A DNA stretch of 63,465 nt, counting the filler, from Octopus bimaculoides (taxonomy: Eukaryota), in assembly GCF_001194135.2 (NCBI RefSeq). It is 8 parts of 6 records of this genome, joined end to end, with 100 filler letters (N's around TTAATTAATTAA, not from the genome) between each part and the next. Parts side by side here need not be neighbours in the genome. Positions count along the whole stretch, not along the records: positions 48,722 to 56,150 come from NC_068985.1; positions 56,251 to 58,732 come from NC_068982.1; positions 58,833 to 61,845 come from NC_068995.1; positions 61,946 to 63,465 come from NC_068985.1; 4 more parts are not named here. One strand, written 5' to 3'. Under the pieces are notes generated by a model. The model searched no databases and was not told the DNA's origin. It saw nothing but the letters and a program-made list of their open reading frames with translations. Numbering within the stretch: position 1 is the stretch's first letter; the number at the start of each line of letters is the position of its first letter. Shown piece by piece: positions 51,655 through 63,465 of the stretch. The position numbers and the translations under genes were made by a program.

Positions 51655-52030
51655 CACTCTGTCGGTTATGACAATGAGGGTTCCAGCTGACCCAATCAAC
51701 AGAACAGCCTGCTCGTGAAATTAACGTTCAAGTGGCTGAGCATTCCACAGACACATGCACCCCTTAACATAGTTCTCGGGGAGATTCAGCGTGACACAGA
51801 GTGTGACAAGGCTGGCCCTTTGAAATACAGGTACCACAGAAACAGGAAGAAAGAGTGAGAGAAAGTTATGGTGAAAGAGTACAGCAGGGTTCGCCACCAC
51901 TCCCTGCTAGAGCTTCGTGGAGCTTTAAGTGTTTTTGCTCAATAAACACTCACAACACCCAGTCTGGGAATCGAAAGTATGATCCTGTGACCGCTAGTCC
52001 ACTGCCCTAAACACTGGGCCATTGCGCCTC
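51655..52030 (-). mobile_element. SINE family C, near full length
   Basis: GAGGGTTCCAGCTG...GTGACAAGGCTGGCCCTTTGAAATAC...GGGAATCGAA...CTAAACACTGGGCCATTGCGCCTCC. Confidence 0.88.
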
Positions 52031-52169
52031 CACAAATATATGTGTGTGTGTCTGTGTGTGCATCGTGGCTTATTTTTTCGACCAAAGGTGGTGTTCCAGC
52101 ATGGCCACAGTCACATGACTGAAACAAGTAAAATAAAAAAACTATGCCATTTTAATCCCGAGCAAGGCC

Positions 52170-52202
<33 letters not shown>

Positions 52203-52221
52203 TATATACATATATATATAC

Positions 52222-52254
<33 letters not shown>

Positions 52255-52255
52255 T

Positions 52256-52920
52256 TTGTTTTAAATCTCTGAGCAAGAGATATACAGTAACAGTACCGAA
52301 TAGTAATGTTTATTTTCCAACAGAATGTGGCAGTCCTATAAAGGACAAAATTACTGTTGTTTTAGTCCCAGGAAAACATCTTTTCCAGCTGCTGGCTATT
52401 GACACAGTTTGTGTTCATGTAGCATTTGCATTTGCAAGGGAGGTCATTGCTCCCATCTTTAGCTTTACATAATATTCACAGACCTAGGTTTCCGGGTAGT
52501 TACCTGTCCTCAATGTGAGACAATCACCAGCTAGTGATGAAAGCTCTCTCCACTTGCAAATACTATATATTCTTTAAGCAACACACAGTCGCTGATCTCA
52601 TATAGAGAAAAACAACTTGTCTTAAATCTCTGAGCAAGAGATATACAGCAACAGTACCAAATAGTAAAGTTTATTTGCCAATAGAATGTGGCAGTCCTAT
52701 AAAGGATGATGTTACTATTGCTTTAGTCCCAGAAAAACATCTTTTCCAGCTGGCTATCAACACACAGTTTGTGTCCATATGGCATTTGCAAGGGAGGTCA
52801 TCGCTCCCATCTCTAGCGTTACATGATACTCACAGACCTAGGTTTCTGGGTGGTTACCCATCCTCAGTGTGAGACAACCACCAGCTAGTGATGAAAGCTC
52901 TCTCTCCATGCAGTAGGATG
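52256..52920. repeat. Direct tandem duplication, period 361 bp
   Basis: Both copies (52256, 52617) begin TTGT(T/C)TTAAATCTCTGAGCAAGAGATATACAG and run to CCAGCTAGTGATGAAAGCTCTCTC, with scattered substitutions. Confidence 0.92.
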
Positions 52921-54221
52921 GCTGAAACCATGTGGTTGCAAAGAGGAGAACATCATAACCACACATTAGTGTCTGCAACTATGTCATATCTAGAGAAAAT
53001 GTAGAAACACTGATTATGAATATTAACAATTTTCATCATCTTCCTTCTAAGGGATGTTTAAAACATAAAAGCAAGCAAAATTTTAATTATCTTCCTTGCT
53101 TACTGTTTCTTAGTTTCCCTCAACCATGTGTATGAGCGTATACCTGCATTGTATTTAGAAACAACAAAACAAACACCCACGGAACCATATATATATATAC
53201 TGCTATTCACTACTTCACAAGGAAGAAATGTACGACATTCTGAGAAATAGCAGACATATTTTCCTCAAACCACAAAACCCATTGTCTATAAAAAAAAAAG
53301 GATATAGAAAGATAAACAGATGAAATGGCATAGCAGGGTCAATTTTCTCTCTCTTCCTCTCTCTCTCTCTCTTTGGATGAGTGGACTAGAGAAAGAGGTG
53401 TGTCTGAGTGTGTATGTTTATCCCCTCCCATCACAGCTATATGAATGGAGTTGGTTTGTTTTCATCCTTTAACTTAACAATTCAGTAAAAAGAGACTGAC
53501 TAAGTACTTGGCTTTAAAAAAAAGTACTGGGGCCCCGATATATTTAATTAAACTCTTCAGGGCAGTGCCCTTGAATGGCTGGAGTCCAATGGCTGAAACA
53601 AGTAAAAGAAAGATGCATCTTGGAAGAGTGCAACAGAGGATGAGGAAACAAATGGTGTGACATTAAACTCTCTTCTCTCAATCTCCCTTTAATCTTTCTT
53701 TCTCTCTCTCTCTCTCTCTCTGACATGGTTGAATGGACAGAGATAACAAATAAGAGACACACGTTAAGAGCAAGACAAAGAGAGAGGAGGAGGAGAATGA
53801 TGGCAATGAAAGGAGTGATACATCTGTACAAAACTAATTTTCTTCCTCCTTCAGTCTCTCTTTAACCTATCTCTCTCTCTCTCTCTCTGAAATAATAAGA
53901 GAGAGAGAGAGAGAGCATGAGACACGTCAAGAAGCAGAGAGAGAGAGAAAGAGAGGAGAATGGTAGTGATGGCAACTTGATAACTTGATCAAAACAGAGG
54001 TCAAACTCTTCTTTTTTTTTTTTGTATTGAGCAAAGACAGATCCTCCCACTCCCACCCTATCACTGAAATCATAAACTAACTGAAAATATCCCAGATTTA
54101 TATTCACAACAAAAATAAATAACATCCAAATTAATGTTTATTTTGGATTCTGAAGACCAGTCATCCATCCATCTATAATGCATCTATTGATACATATGTA
54201 GGTTACAGGATATTCTTCTAT

Positions 54222-54410
54222 TTGTTTCAGTCATTTGACTGCGGCCATGCTAGAGCACTGCCTTTAGTTGAACAAATTGACTCCAGGACATTCTTTGTAA
54301 GCCTAGTACTTATTCTATCAGTCACTTTGCCGAGCCGCTAAGTTACGGGGATGTGAACACACCAACAATGGTTGTCAAGTGATGGTGGGGGGACAAACAC
54401 AGACACACAC
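54222..54410 (-). mobile_element. SINE family A tail half
   Basis: TTTGTTTCAGTCATTTGACTGCGGCCATGCTAGAGC...GGGGGACAAACAC. Confidence 0.85.
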
Positions 54411-54414
54411 ACAG

Positions 54415-54449
<35 letters not shown>

Positions 54450-54744
54450 CATCATCATCATTTAACGTCCATTTTCTATGCTGGCATGTGTTGGACAGTT
54501 TGACTGAGGTCTGGAGAGCCAGCAGCTGCACCAGGCTCCAATCTGATCTGGCAATGTTTCTACAGCTGGATGCCCTTCCTAATGCCAACCACTCTGAGAA
54601 TGTAGTGGATGCTTTTTGCATGCCACCGGCACAGGAGCCAGTCAGGCAGGCCTGGCATTGATCGCGTTTAGATAGTGCTTTTTATGTGCCACCGGCACAG
54701 GGGCCAGTCACTGGGTACTGGCATCGGCCAGCCAGGGGACACTG

Positions 54745-54779
<35 letters not shown>

Positions 54780-54965
54780 GTTTAACGTCCGCTTTCCATG
54801 CTAGCATGGGTTGGACGATTTGACTGAGGATTGGTGAAACCAGATGGCTACACCAGGCTCCAATCTGATTTGGCAGAGTTTCTACAGTTGGATGCCCTTC
54901 CTAACACCAACCACTCAGAGAGTGTAGTGGGTGCTTTTACGTGTCACCCACACGAAGGCCAGTCA
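54450..54965 (-). mobile_element. Two tandem family D copies with (CAT)n tails
   Basis: Both start (CAT)n-TTTAACGTCC and contain CTACAG(C/T)TGGATGCCCTTCCTAA. Confidence 0.88.
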
Positions 54966-54967
54966 GT

Positions 54968-55170
54968 GTATGTGTTTGTCCCCCCAACATTGCTTGACAA
55001 CTGATGCTGGTGTGTTTATGTCCCCGTAACTTAGCGGTTCGGCAAAAAGAGACCGATAGAATAAGTACTAGGCTTACAAAGAATAAGTCCTGGGGTCGAT
55101 TTGCTTGACTAAAAGGTGGTGCCCCAGCATGGCCGCAGTCAAATGACTGAAACAAGTAAAAGAGTAAAAG
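54968..55170 (+). mobile_element. SINE family A tail half
   Basis: TTTGTCCCCCAACATTGCTTGACAAC...GCATGGCCGCAGTCAAATGACTGAAACAAGTAAAAGAG. Confidence 0.9.
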
Positions 55171-55189
55171 AGAACGCTCAGGCTGAGCC

Positions 55190-55660
55190 TATCTCTTAAA
55201 TTTTGAGAAATGATCTCTGACAGTGAAGAGGTTCCAACTTAAAACTGTTTATAAATATCAATTGTAGGTAAAACTGGGATCAGGAATCATTTTAAGATAT
55301 TTGTCAAGTCCGAAGTTTTTTGTGTGAAGAGGCATGGTCTCACAATTACAGATTTCTTTTGGCATTATGCTAATCATTTTCAGACCTCTGATTTGAAATG
55401 AATTTTCTCTCAGGGGCTAGGCTTTATTCTTTGAGCAACTGGTGTTCAATGGAAGAATTTTGCACAATTTTCTTTCTCACTCATCATTGTTCTACAATTA
55501 TACTTTTTGTCATGTTTGGTTCTAGGTGTTGCAAGATTCTCCAAAAATATAGAATGCCACATATCTTTCTTCTTTGTGTTACTGAGTACATCTTTCAATC
55601 ATTTCCATTAATCTTTGCCTTCCAGAAAATGGATTATAGATGTCACTAATCTCTGCACAG
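55190..55660 (-). mobile_element. Decayed LINE 3' end (CR1-like)
   Basis: KEERYVAFYIF and GLDKYLKMIPDP resemble the RRERY.IIY and LDKYL..IPD.P motifs of CR1-group RT C-termini. Confidence 0.4.
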
Positions 55661-55914
55661 TTTGAAAATTACTATATATTTTTTTTTAATGTTAGAATTA
55701 TTAACACTGAGTTGTATTCTATAAGGGATAGAATTATACTTTGGTAAAACATCATTCTTGTGATTCTTCTTGATTAAAGGATTTTAACTACCATGATGAT
55801 GGTAGTGATGACGATAATTGTGGAGAAGTTGTATGACACCCATAACTGTGTGCAACTGTACATACACACAGAAATACGTATTGTTATGATCGGCCATTAT
55901 TATGATTGACCGTT

Positions 55915-56095
55915 GACTGAACACTATTCAATTTTTTTTCTCCGTGTTTTTCTCCTTGTCTCCGTATTCTTTCTGTTGAAGAGCGTAGCTCGAAACGTCA
56001 AAGACTTTCCGTATTCCCGAGCGTCATACTAATATATACTTTTGTTATTTACACCACCTGTCCGCGTCTGTTGTTATTATTTGTATATTCTCTCC
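55915..56095 (+). mobile_element. Penelope-terminal-repeat-like dispersed element with hammerhead-like motif
   Basis: TCTTTCTG-TTGAAGA-GCGTAGCTC-GAAA-CG-TC-AAAGA. The core C3 is replaced or displaced. Confidence 0.35.
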
Positions 56096-56102
56096 TATAG
56101 AT

Positions 56103-56141
<39 letters not shown>

Positions 56142-56267
56142 CAATGTTAANNNNNNNNNNNNNNNNNNNNNNNNNNNNNNNNNNNNNNNNNNNNTTAATT
56201 AATTAANNNNNNNNNNNNNNNNNNNNNNNNNNNNNNNNNNNNNNNNNNNNTATATATATTTATTTAT

Positions 56268-56298
<31 letters not shown>

Positions 56299-56664
56299 CA
56301 TGTATGTATGTATGTATGTATATACACACTATAAGAAAAACCTAAATAAAATAAAATAAGTTAAAGTAAACTTTTAAACATTTTAAGATTTTAATATAGC
56401 GAAATAAAACGAAATAAAATCAATTGAAAACCAATATATATATATTAAAAAAAATATTAAGTAATTTATCCTTTGGGCATCATACCCATCCCAACCTATG
56501 GAAATTGAGTAAAACCTATCAGTAATGTACCTATAATGACCACTGGAAACAGCTGTAAGACAAATTTGCTTTAATTAAGGAATTATATGTAATGACCATG
56601 ATTTTAAACTTGTTTTATGTATGTATGTATGTGTGTGTATATATATATATATAAACCAAATTAC

Positions 56665-57575
56665 TCTTAGGTTTCAACGGTGTGGGCGTGTTTTTGTACG
56701 CCAATAACACTTACTTTGACAAGTGACCTTGTTATTTTGTACGAATTGTTTGTTCTAGTTTGTGGGATAGCATTTCACTATAGCCTATATTATTGACTGT
56801 AGATTCCTTTTGCAGTTAATGCTCCAGTACACAGCGTTTTGTATCCACCAAAACGGTTAGCATTACTTTTTCTGCGAAAATTTGAATCTTGAATTTCTTT
56901 ATTGCTGATGCCTCCCAGTATTTCCACACCATACTCTACCTTTTTAATTCTGATACAAAGTGAAAGGCTCAGATCTCATCTCCTGTGACTATTCTCTCCA
57001 AAGAGCTACACTTTCATCGTTTTAGCGGTTGAGAAAGCGTTGGCAGATCTCCACACCATTGCGCTTATGCGTTTTGGTAAGTTCTCTTGGCACCCATCCC
57101 GCACAGATAATGATTTGGTTTGCAGAACAATGACTAATTTGCAGAGGACATCCTACCTCATCGATGGCCACTCATCGGTTTGTCAAAACCATCTCTCGAG
57201 TCTGTTGAATCGTTACGTCTGTGGTGGAGGTTGATGGGTGTCCTGCTCCTTCTTCGTGTTTAGCGCCTATATTTTAACTTCTTGATCCAGTCATATTGTA
57301 CCGAAAGACTGCGATGAATTTCATCCCCTGACACACAGTCAAACTAGAGAAATCGCATCGCTGATCACTGTTTTTCCTCGTTGCATACTGCCAGTGGAGC
57401 GGCCATGTTTACAGCGTACCACAAGAAAGAAAACTTAAGCAATGACGGTCAAACCTCGTTTACGTAACCACACGAGAACCACCTTTTTGCACGCGAGGGT
57501 TGAAGGCAGTGCAGTCAACCTAAAGTTTGGAGAGAGTGTAAATAATATTTGACTTCTTCACGTACGCAGACTTAC
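56665..57575 (-). mobile_element. Second decayed mariner, of a different subfamily (irritans-like)
   Basis: From ATG 57406: MAAPLAVC, EEGAGHPSTSTT, CAGWVPRELT, ERIVTGDE, KVMLTV, YSEML..KL. Many stops. TIRs not confidently delimited. Confidence 0.85.
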
Positions 57576-58217
57576 GTAAAATCATTTCTGATAATAATAG
57601 ATTATGTAATCAAATGAGTGTTGTCATCAAACTTTATGGCTTACAAATATATTAATCAAATTGAATTTATGAGCTTTTGCATATTCTGATCAAAGCTCTA
57701 GATATTGCTATCAACTTCTTCAAGTGCTTCACAACCTAGTACAATCATCACAACCATATGTACCATAGTTATTAATGCATTGACTAAAATCACTAAAGAG
57801 GCAAAATATAATGGTACGATAAAAGCCGAAATTGAGCTAGCGACGGAGATGTTGGAAGAGTATAGAAATAATGGTGAACCTGTAGTGGAGAGGATGGTAT
57901 ATATGTTGGTGATGGGAAAGGATTAATGACGGGTTAAGTTTGTCGGTAATGCTGGTAGAATTGTCGTGTATGAATTTGTACATATATACACATATATGAA
58001 TACGTATGTATGTTTGTATGTATGTATGTATGTATGTATGCATGCATGTATGAATGTATGAATGTATGTATATATGTACGTATGTATGTACGTATGAATG
58101 TATGTATGTATGTACGTATGAATGTATGTATGTGTACAGATATGTTTATATAAACGAATATATATATTCACGCATATATATTTCTGCACGCGTATATATG
58201 AATGTATACAAATATAT

Positions 58218-58472
58218 GTATAAGTTAAAGTAGTGAGGAAAGGCAAGCAATTAGGCAAGACTTGACAAGAAAATTTAATTTAATTTAATTTAGCCACATA
58301 ATGAATGGTAAAAAAAATAGTCTCTGACAGCTGTTTCCAATAGCTGAGATATCGCAGTAACAGTTGTCAGAGACTACTTTTTTTTACCATTCATTATGTT
58401 GCTAAATTAAATTAAATGTCCTTGTCAAGTCTTCCCTAATTATTTGTCTTTCCTCACTACTTTAACTTATAC
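58218..58472. mobile_element. Palindromic foldback MITE (arms ~115 bp, loop ~23 nt)
   Basis: GTATAAGTTAAAGTAGTGAGGAAAG...TCTCTGACAGCTGTT pairs with AACAGTTGTCAGAGA...CTTTCCTCACTACTTTAACTTATAC. Confidence 0.9.
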
Positions 58473-58668
58473 CTACTGACTCAAAGGGAAGCCATTTCAA
58501 GCTGTTTTGCATAAGACAGTCGCATACCACAACTTCAACTGCAGTTCAAACTGGAATTTTAGTGGCGCATCTATTTGAGCACTCAGAACGCATACCACCC
58601 TGACGAAAACTCATCCTACCCTTTATACAAATATATGTATGTACATATATGTATGCCTACATACATTG

Positions 58669-58712
<44 letters not shown>

Positions 58713-58832
58713 GTGCCTACATACATTGATATNNNNNNNNNNNNNNNNNNNNNNNNNNNNNNNNNNNNNNNNNNNNTTAATTAATTAANNNNNNNNNNNN
58801 NNNNNNNNNNNNNNNNNNNNNNNNNNNNNNNN

Positions 58833-58879
<47 letters not shown>

Positions 58880-59909
58880 CAGAAATAACACTGAGAGTCC
58901 AAAGGGATAAAAACATAATAAATGGCGATGACGTTAGTGCGACCGTGCGATAACATCCTTGGGCATTGACGCGGGGATTATTACTATGGCCCTCCATCAG
59001 GAGATAGAGGGCCATAGTAAAAAAAAAAATCATGAATATAGATAAAGTGCCATCGAAAAAATTAGGAGTAGAGATTTGTACTGATGGAAGAGGGAATAAA
59101 GACAGAAAGGGAGGAGGAAATGCATACATACATACATACATACATATGTACATACATATATACATATATATATATAATTTAGGTGTGAAAATCCAAGATG
59201 TGTCTTGTTGAAGCACATTTGCTTACTCCAGTTTTGCAATCCGGTATGTAGTTGTTGTTATACAGATGTGAAGTAGATTTGAAATTTAATATTTTGGTAA
59301 TATTGTTTGCAGAAATATTATATAACAAAACAATAAGATCGATTTTTTTTTGGTATTATTTATTCATCATTACACGTGTTATATTTAGTAATAGAAATCC
59401 CAAAGAATAATTTTCCAACATGTACAACTTTCCAAAGAGTGAGGAAATATCTTTTATTGAAGAATATATTTGAACTCAATCATTTAATATTAACTAAGGA
59501 TTACAAAGATGTAGATTTGCAAATCTTTATTAACTTTCAATGCGTACGTGTCACTAACCCAAAAAATTATATACTTGGTTGCTTCTGAAAAGTCAATAAG
59601 GTTTTAAGTTTCCTTTACACATGGTTACAATGATTAGTTGTCTATTGGTTTTTAGCACAATACCATTATTATCCAACAACATCTAGTAAATTACATGAAA
59701 GCTCTCCATTGAAAACTTACAAATTTATTTTGCAATACCTATTTTCTGTGAACCCTTACCAAACTGTTTGATTACATTATTTCCTTGTCGACTGAGAATC
59801 TCAGAGATCCAACACATATAAACTTATCATTAAACATCACTACTGGCATTCCGTAACTTTTCTACGTGTTGTTTCTCAGAATATGTAGGACCCACACACT
59901 CATATGTTC

Positions 59910-59986
<77 letters not shown>

Positions 59987-60104
59987 NNNNNNNNNNNNNN
60001 NNNNNNNNATATATATATATATATATATATATCTTGAAATAGATATACATACACACATACATATATACACACATGTATACATATGTGTGTATGCGTGCGC
60101 GCGC

Positions 60105-60146
<42 letters not shown>

Positions 60147-60519
60147 GTGTGTGTAGGTGCCTGAGTGAGTATAAGCGTCAATATATTTAAGACACCGTTG
60201 TCAGGTAATTTAAATCGTTTATGAAGTATTCAAAGAAGAATAAAACATGTATTGCAGGTTAGAAAACATAGAAAAAAGAAAAAGATTGTTCAAATGTTGC
60301 TAAAATTGTTCCATTAAGATTTTCTTCTATTTTGATTTAAGAATAATATAATTATTTCGTCTGTGTAATGCACTAATCACCTCCAAAGCTGTTCAGGCAA
60401 CTTTTCTCAACGTAAAAATTAGTTGGATGATCCATTTAAATACACACACACACATACATACACGAACGCACATAAACCTTAGCAATCATTCGTTTACGAA
60501 GATGATGGTTTGGTTTCAA

Positions 60520-60765
60520 GAGATCCGATTAACTGAACCGCCTGTTCGCGAATTTAACGTGCGTGTGGTTGAGCATTTCAGAGTCACGTGTGCCCTTAAC
60601 GTAATTTTGGGGCAGGTACAGTGTGACACAGAATGTGACAAGGCTGGCCCTTTGAAATACATGCACAACTCCTTTGTTTTTGAGCTGAGTGACCTGTCGC
60701 AAATAGAATTCATAACTTCACGGTTCTTAGCACAATATTTTAACCACTAAGTCACGCGCTTTCAC
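60520..60765 (-). mobile_element. SINE family C copy
   Basis: GAATGTGACAAGGCTGGCCCTTTGAAATAC, with head TTTAACCACTAAGTCACGCG. Confidence 0.8.
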
Positions 60766-61812
60766 CTACAGATGTACGTAATTTTTTCAATGCCTTCCAT
60801 TACACTCGCAGCCGGAAACGGGTTGATATCGAGAAAAGCTAACACAATTTATCAGGTAATGATTAGCAAATAACCAACATCATATAAAAGCTTTAAACAG
60901 TAATATTATACTGTTTGAATAATCCTAAAATGTTAAGAAACATCAAGAAGTCAAATAACTAAGTGCGTAATGATGACTGTTTAAATAATTTCTCCGTTTA
61001 AATTTTCAACAATCTCTTAATGGAATCGTAAGAGGAAACACTGATTCAGAAATTTGTCAAATGGCAAGAGGCAAATTAATATACAAAGAAAAATATAGTT
61101 ATAAAATACTCCTTAAACGAATACACTTATGCGTCTGTGTGCGTCTGTATGTGGATACTTACTGGTTTAAAAATGAAAATATCGTTGTATGTTATTGTTT
61201 CCGTCGCCATAAAACACTCGAGTTACTGTTTATATCAACTTCAATAATTATATCACCTTAATACTATCAATTCTGTAGCATTTATTCATTACATCAGTAA
61301 TGGTGTATAAATAATAATGTCCTTTATTTGAATCAAAGATTGTCATGATCATATCGCTATTGTTTATATATTTATCAAATAAAACAGCAACAAACGTTCT
61401 GTATAATGACGTGCCGAAAGTATTTATTATAACAACAGTATTTTACGTATGAATATATCTGTTTCAAAGTCGGTAATTACGTGGATGATTAAAAATATGT
61501 TATTAAAATTCTTCGTAAAAAGAAATATTGATAATTCAAAAGAAAAACACAGCCTATTTAAATCAGTAAATTACGTCTATAGTGACTGTATATTTTTGTT
61601 CTACATTCTTTGAAGGAGGGAAATTATTAGTTGAGCAAGATTTTGGCGGCGTTGTATTCGTCCTTATCAGAACACAATGCGGTAATTTAGAGCTGAAGCA
61701 AGCCTCTCACGAGATTTATTCAAGCGTGCAAACTTCGAAACGTTCATCGTAATACACACACTCACGCGCGCGCGCTCGCACGGACACTCATACACGCACG
61801 CAAGCACGCACG

Positions 61813-61845
<33 letters not shown>

Positions 61846-61945
61846 NNNNNNNNNNNNNNNNNNNNNNNNNNNNNNNNNNNNNNNNNNNNTTAATTAATTA
61901 ANNNNNNNNNNNNNNNNNNNNNNNNNNNNNNNNNNNNNNNNNNNN

Positions 61946-61980
<35 letters not shown>

Positions 61981-63160
61981 CACATATTCATCATATTTAT
62001 GTGTGTGTGTATGAGAGAGAGAGAGAGTGTGTGTGTGTGTGTGTGTAGACAGACAGATAAGCAAGAAGACAGGCAGACAGACAGGCAGATAGATACATAC
62101 ACACATACATACATGCATACATACAAACATGCAAACATACCTACACACACACATACGTACACACATATACCCATACATACATACATACATAAGTAGGTAG
62201 GTAGGTACGTATGAAACGCACGTTAAAAAATAGGTAGATGTTTGTGCGTATAAGTGCACATGTGTGTGCTAAGTATGTTTTGAGTGTGAGCGTATGTATG
62301 TGTACAAGTAAAAGGCTAACAGTGATTTCGAAGGTTCATCTTACATACTATCATCAGGCAGTTTGACGTCAGCAAGTAAGCCGAAACTTCGTAGTCACTA
62401 TCAATTGTTTCCGTGTTAAAATACATGAATATAGTTCTCTATGTAAAAGTATTGATTGGTTCTTCTTAGTAATATTCGTCGTTATTTTCCTCACTAGCCT
62501 TTAGCGTATAATTGGTTTGCGGTGTTTACTGTAGGAATACTAATATGCAAATATTCCTAATATACCATCCAGTCACCAGATAAATTAGCTTAATGATAAA
62601 AAGTATTCTATAACTCCGACTCTTATAGCAATATTACCTACATATGTCACGTAGTGCAGAAATATCGTAAGTGAAGATAAATGGATAATGACAGTTCAAT
62701 GCATGCAACATATGTTTCGATAGCATGGCAATTTATTGGCAATCAGTATATTACATAAGTCAAATTGCCAGTCGTTTCCTTAGGCATTTCGAAATCCTCG
62801 ACAGATAATAATTGACAGTCGATTTCGTAATACACTGATTGCAATTAGACTGGCATGCTAATGACATATCTGTAGCATGTATTAAGCTGTCATTATCAAT
62901 TCATTGTGTGTGCCTGTAAATTTGTGCATGTAAATATATGTATATATATATACACATATATATATATATATAAATATACATACATACACACACACATACA
63001 CATATATAAAGTGTATATATAATGTGTGAGAGTGTGTGTGTGTGTGCGTGTGTGTGTGTGTAGTGTGTGTGCGTGTGTGCGTAGTGTATTGTTCCGTTAA
63101 TTAGTGGGCTCAACAAAATAAGTACTCCATCCAGTGAGAGATAAATATCATTTAATAAAC

Positions 63161-63225
63161 AGGCGTGGCTGTGTGGTAAGAAGCTTGCTTCCTAACCACA
63201 TAGTTCCGGGATCAGTCCCACTGCC
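63161..63225 (+). mobile_element. SINE family A head fragment
   Basis: AGGCGTGGCTGTGTGGTAAGAAGCTTGCTTCCTAACCACATAGTTCCGGG. Confidence 0.85.
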
Positions 63226-63239
63226 ACCACTAAAAACCC

Positions 63240-63465
63240 CTGGCAGTCCGTCGATTACGACAATGAGCGTTCCCGTTGTTCCGATAAACCGAACAACCTG
63301 CTTGTGAAATTAACGTGCAAGTCACTGAGCACTCCACAGACACGTATACCCTTAACGTAGTTCTAGAGGAGATTTAGCGTGACACAAGGTGTGACAAGGA
63401 TTGCCCTTAGAAATGCAGGTACAACAGAAGCAGGAAGAAAGAGTGAGAGAAAGTTGTGGTGAAAG
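63240..63465 (-). mobile_element. SINE family C copy running off the window
   Basis: Matches 51655-51880 (GTGAAATTAACGTGCAAG...GGAAGAAAGAGTGAGAGAAAG). Confidence 0.85.

Noticed and set aside
16610-61901. Recurring TTAATTAATTAA motif at regular-looking sites
   Set aside because: Always centred in N44-12-N44 cassettes. It is an artificial scaffolding linker with stops in all frames, not biology or a CRISPR repeat.

Overview
AT-rich, microsatellite-saturated eukaryotic DNA from a gapped assembly. The SINE families and the (TA)n/(CA)n/(GAT)n landscape look like an octopus genome (inference from recognised repeats). Almost all listed ORFs are microsatellite or N-gap artefacts. Host coding evidence is limited to the minus strand: (i) a signal-peptide plus NtA-fold first coding exon (37024-37477), resembling the N-terminus of agrin and neuregulin-2/Vein-type proteins, whose downstream exons I could not locate; (ii) two candidate terminal exons of an unidentified gene (44236-44288, 43765-43950). 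The rest is a transposon mosaic: at least four SINE families, two decayed mariners, a Ty3/Gypsy pol relic and a probable LTR, an R4/Dong-type RT fragment, RTE, CR1-like and Penelope-like relics, and several MITE/foldback elements. I found no CRISPR array, operon or other prokaryote-type system. The best leads are a near-canonical type I hammerhead ribozyme at 18792-18849 (-), three degenerate hammerhead-like cores elsewhere, an RRM-like ORF wedged inside a SINE, an unassigned ~1.3 kb decayed ORF, and long inverted repeats that could form dsRNA. Seven identical 100-bp N44-TTAATTAATTAA-N44 spacers are scaffolding joins, so contiguity across them is unverified.
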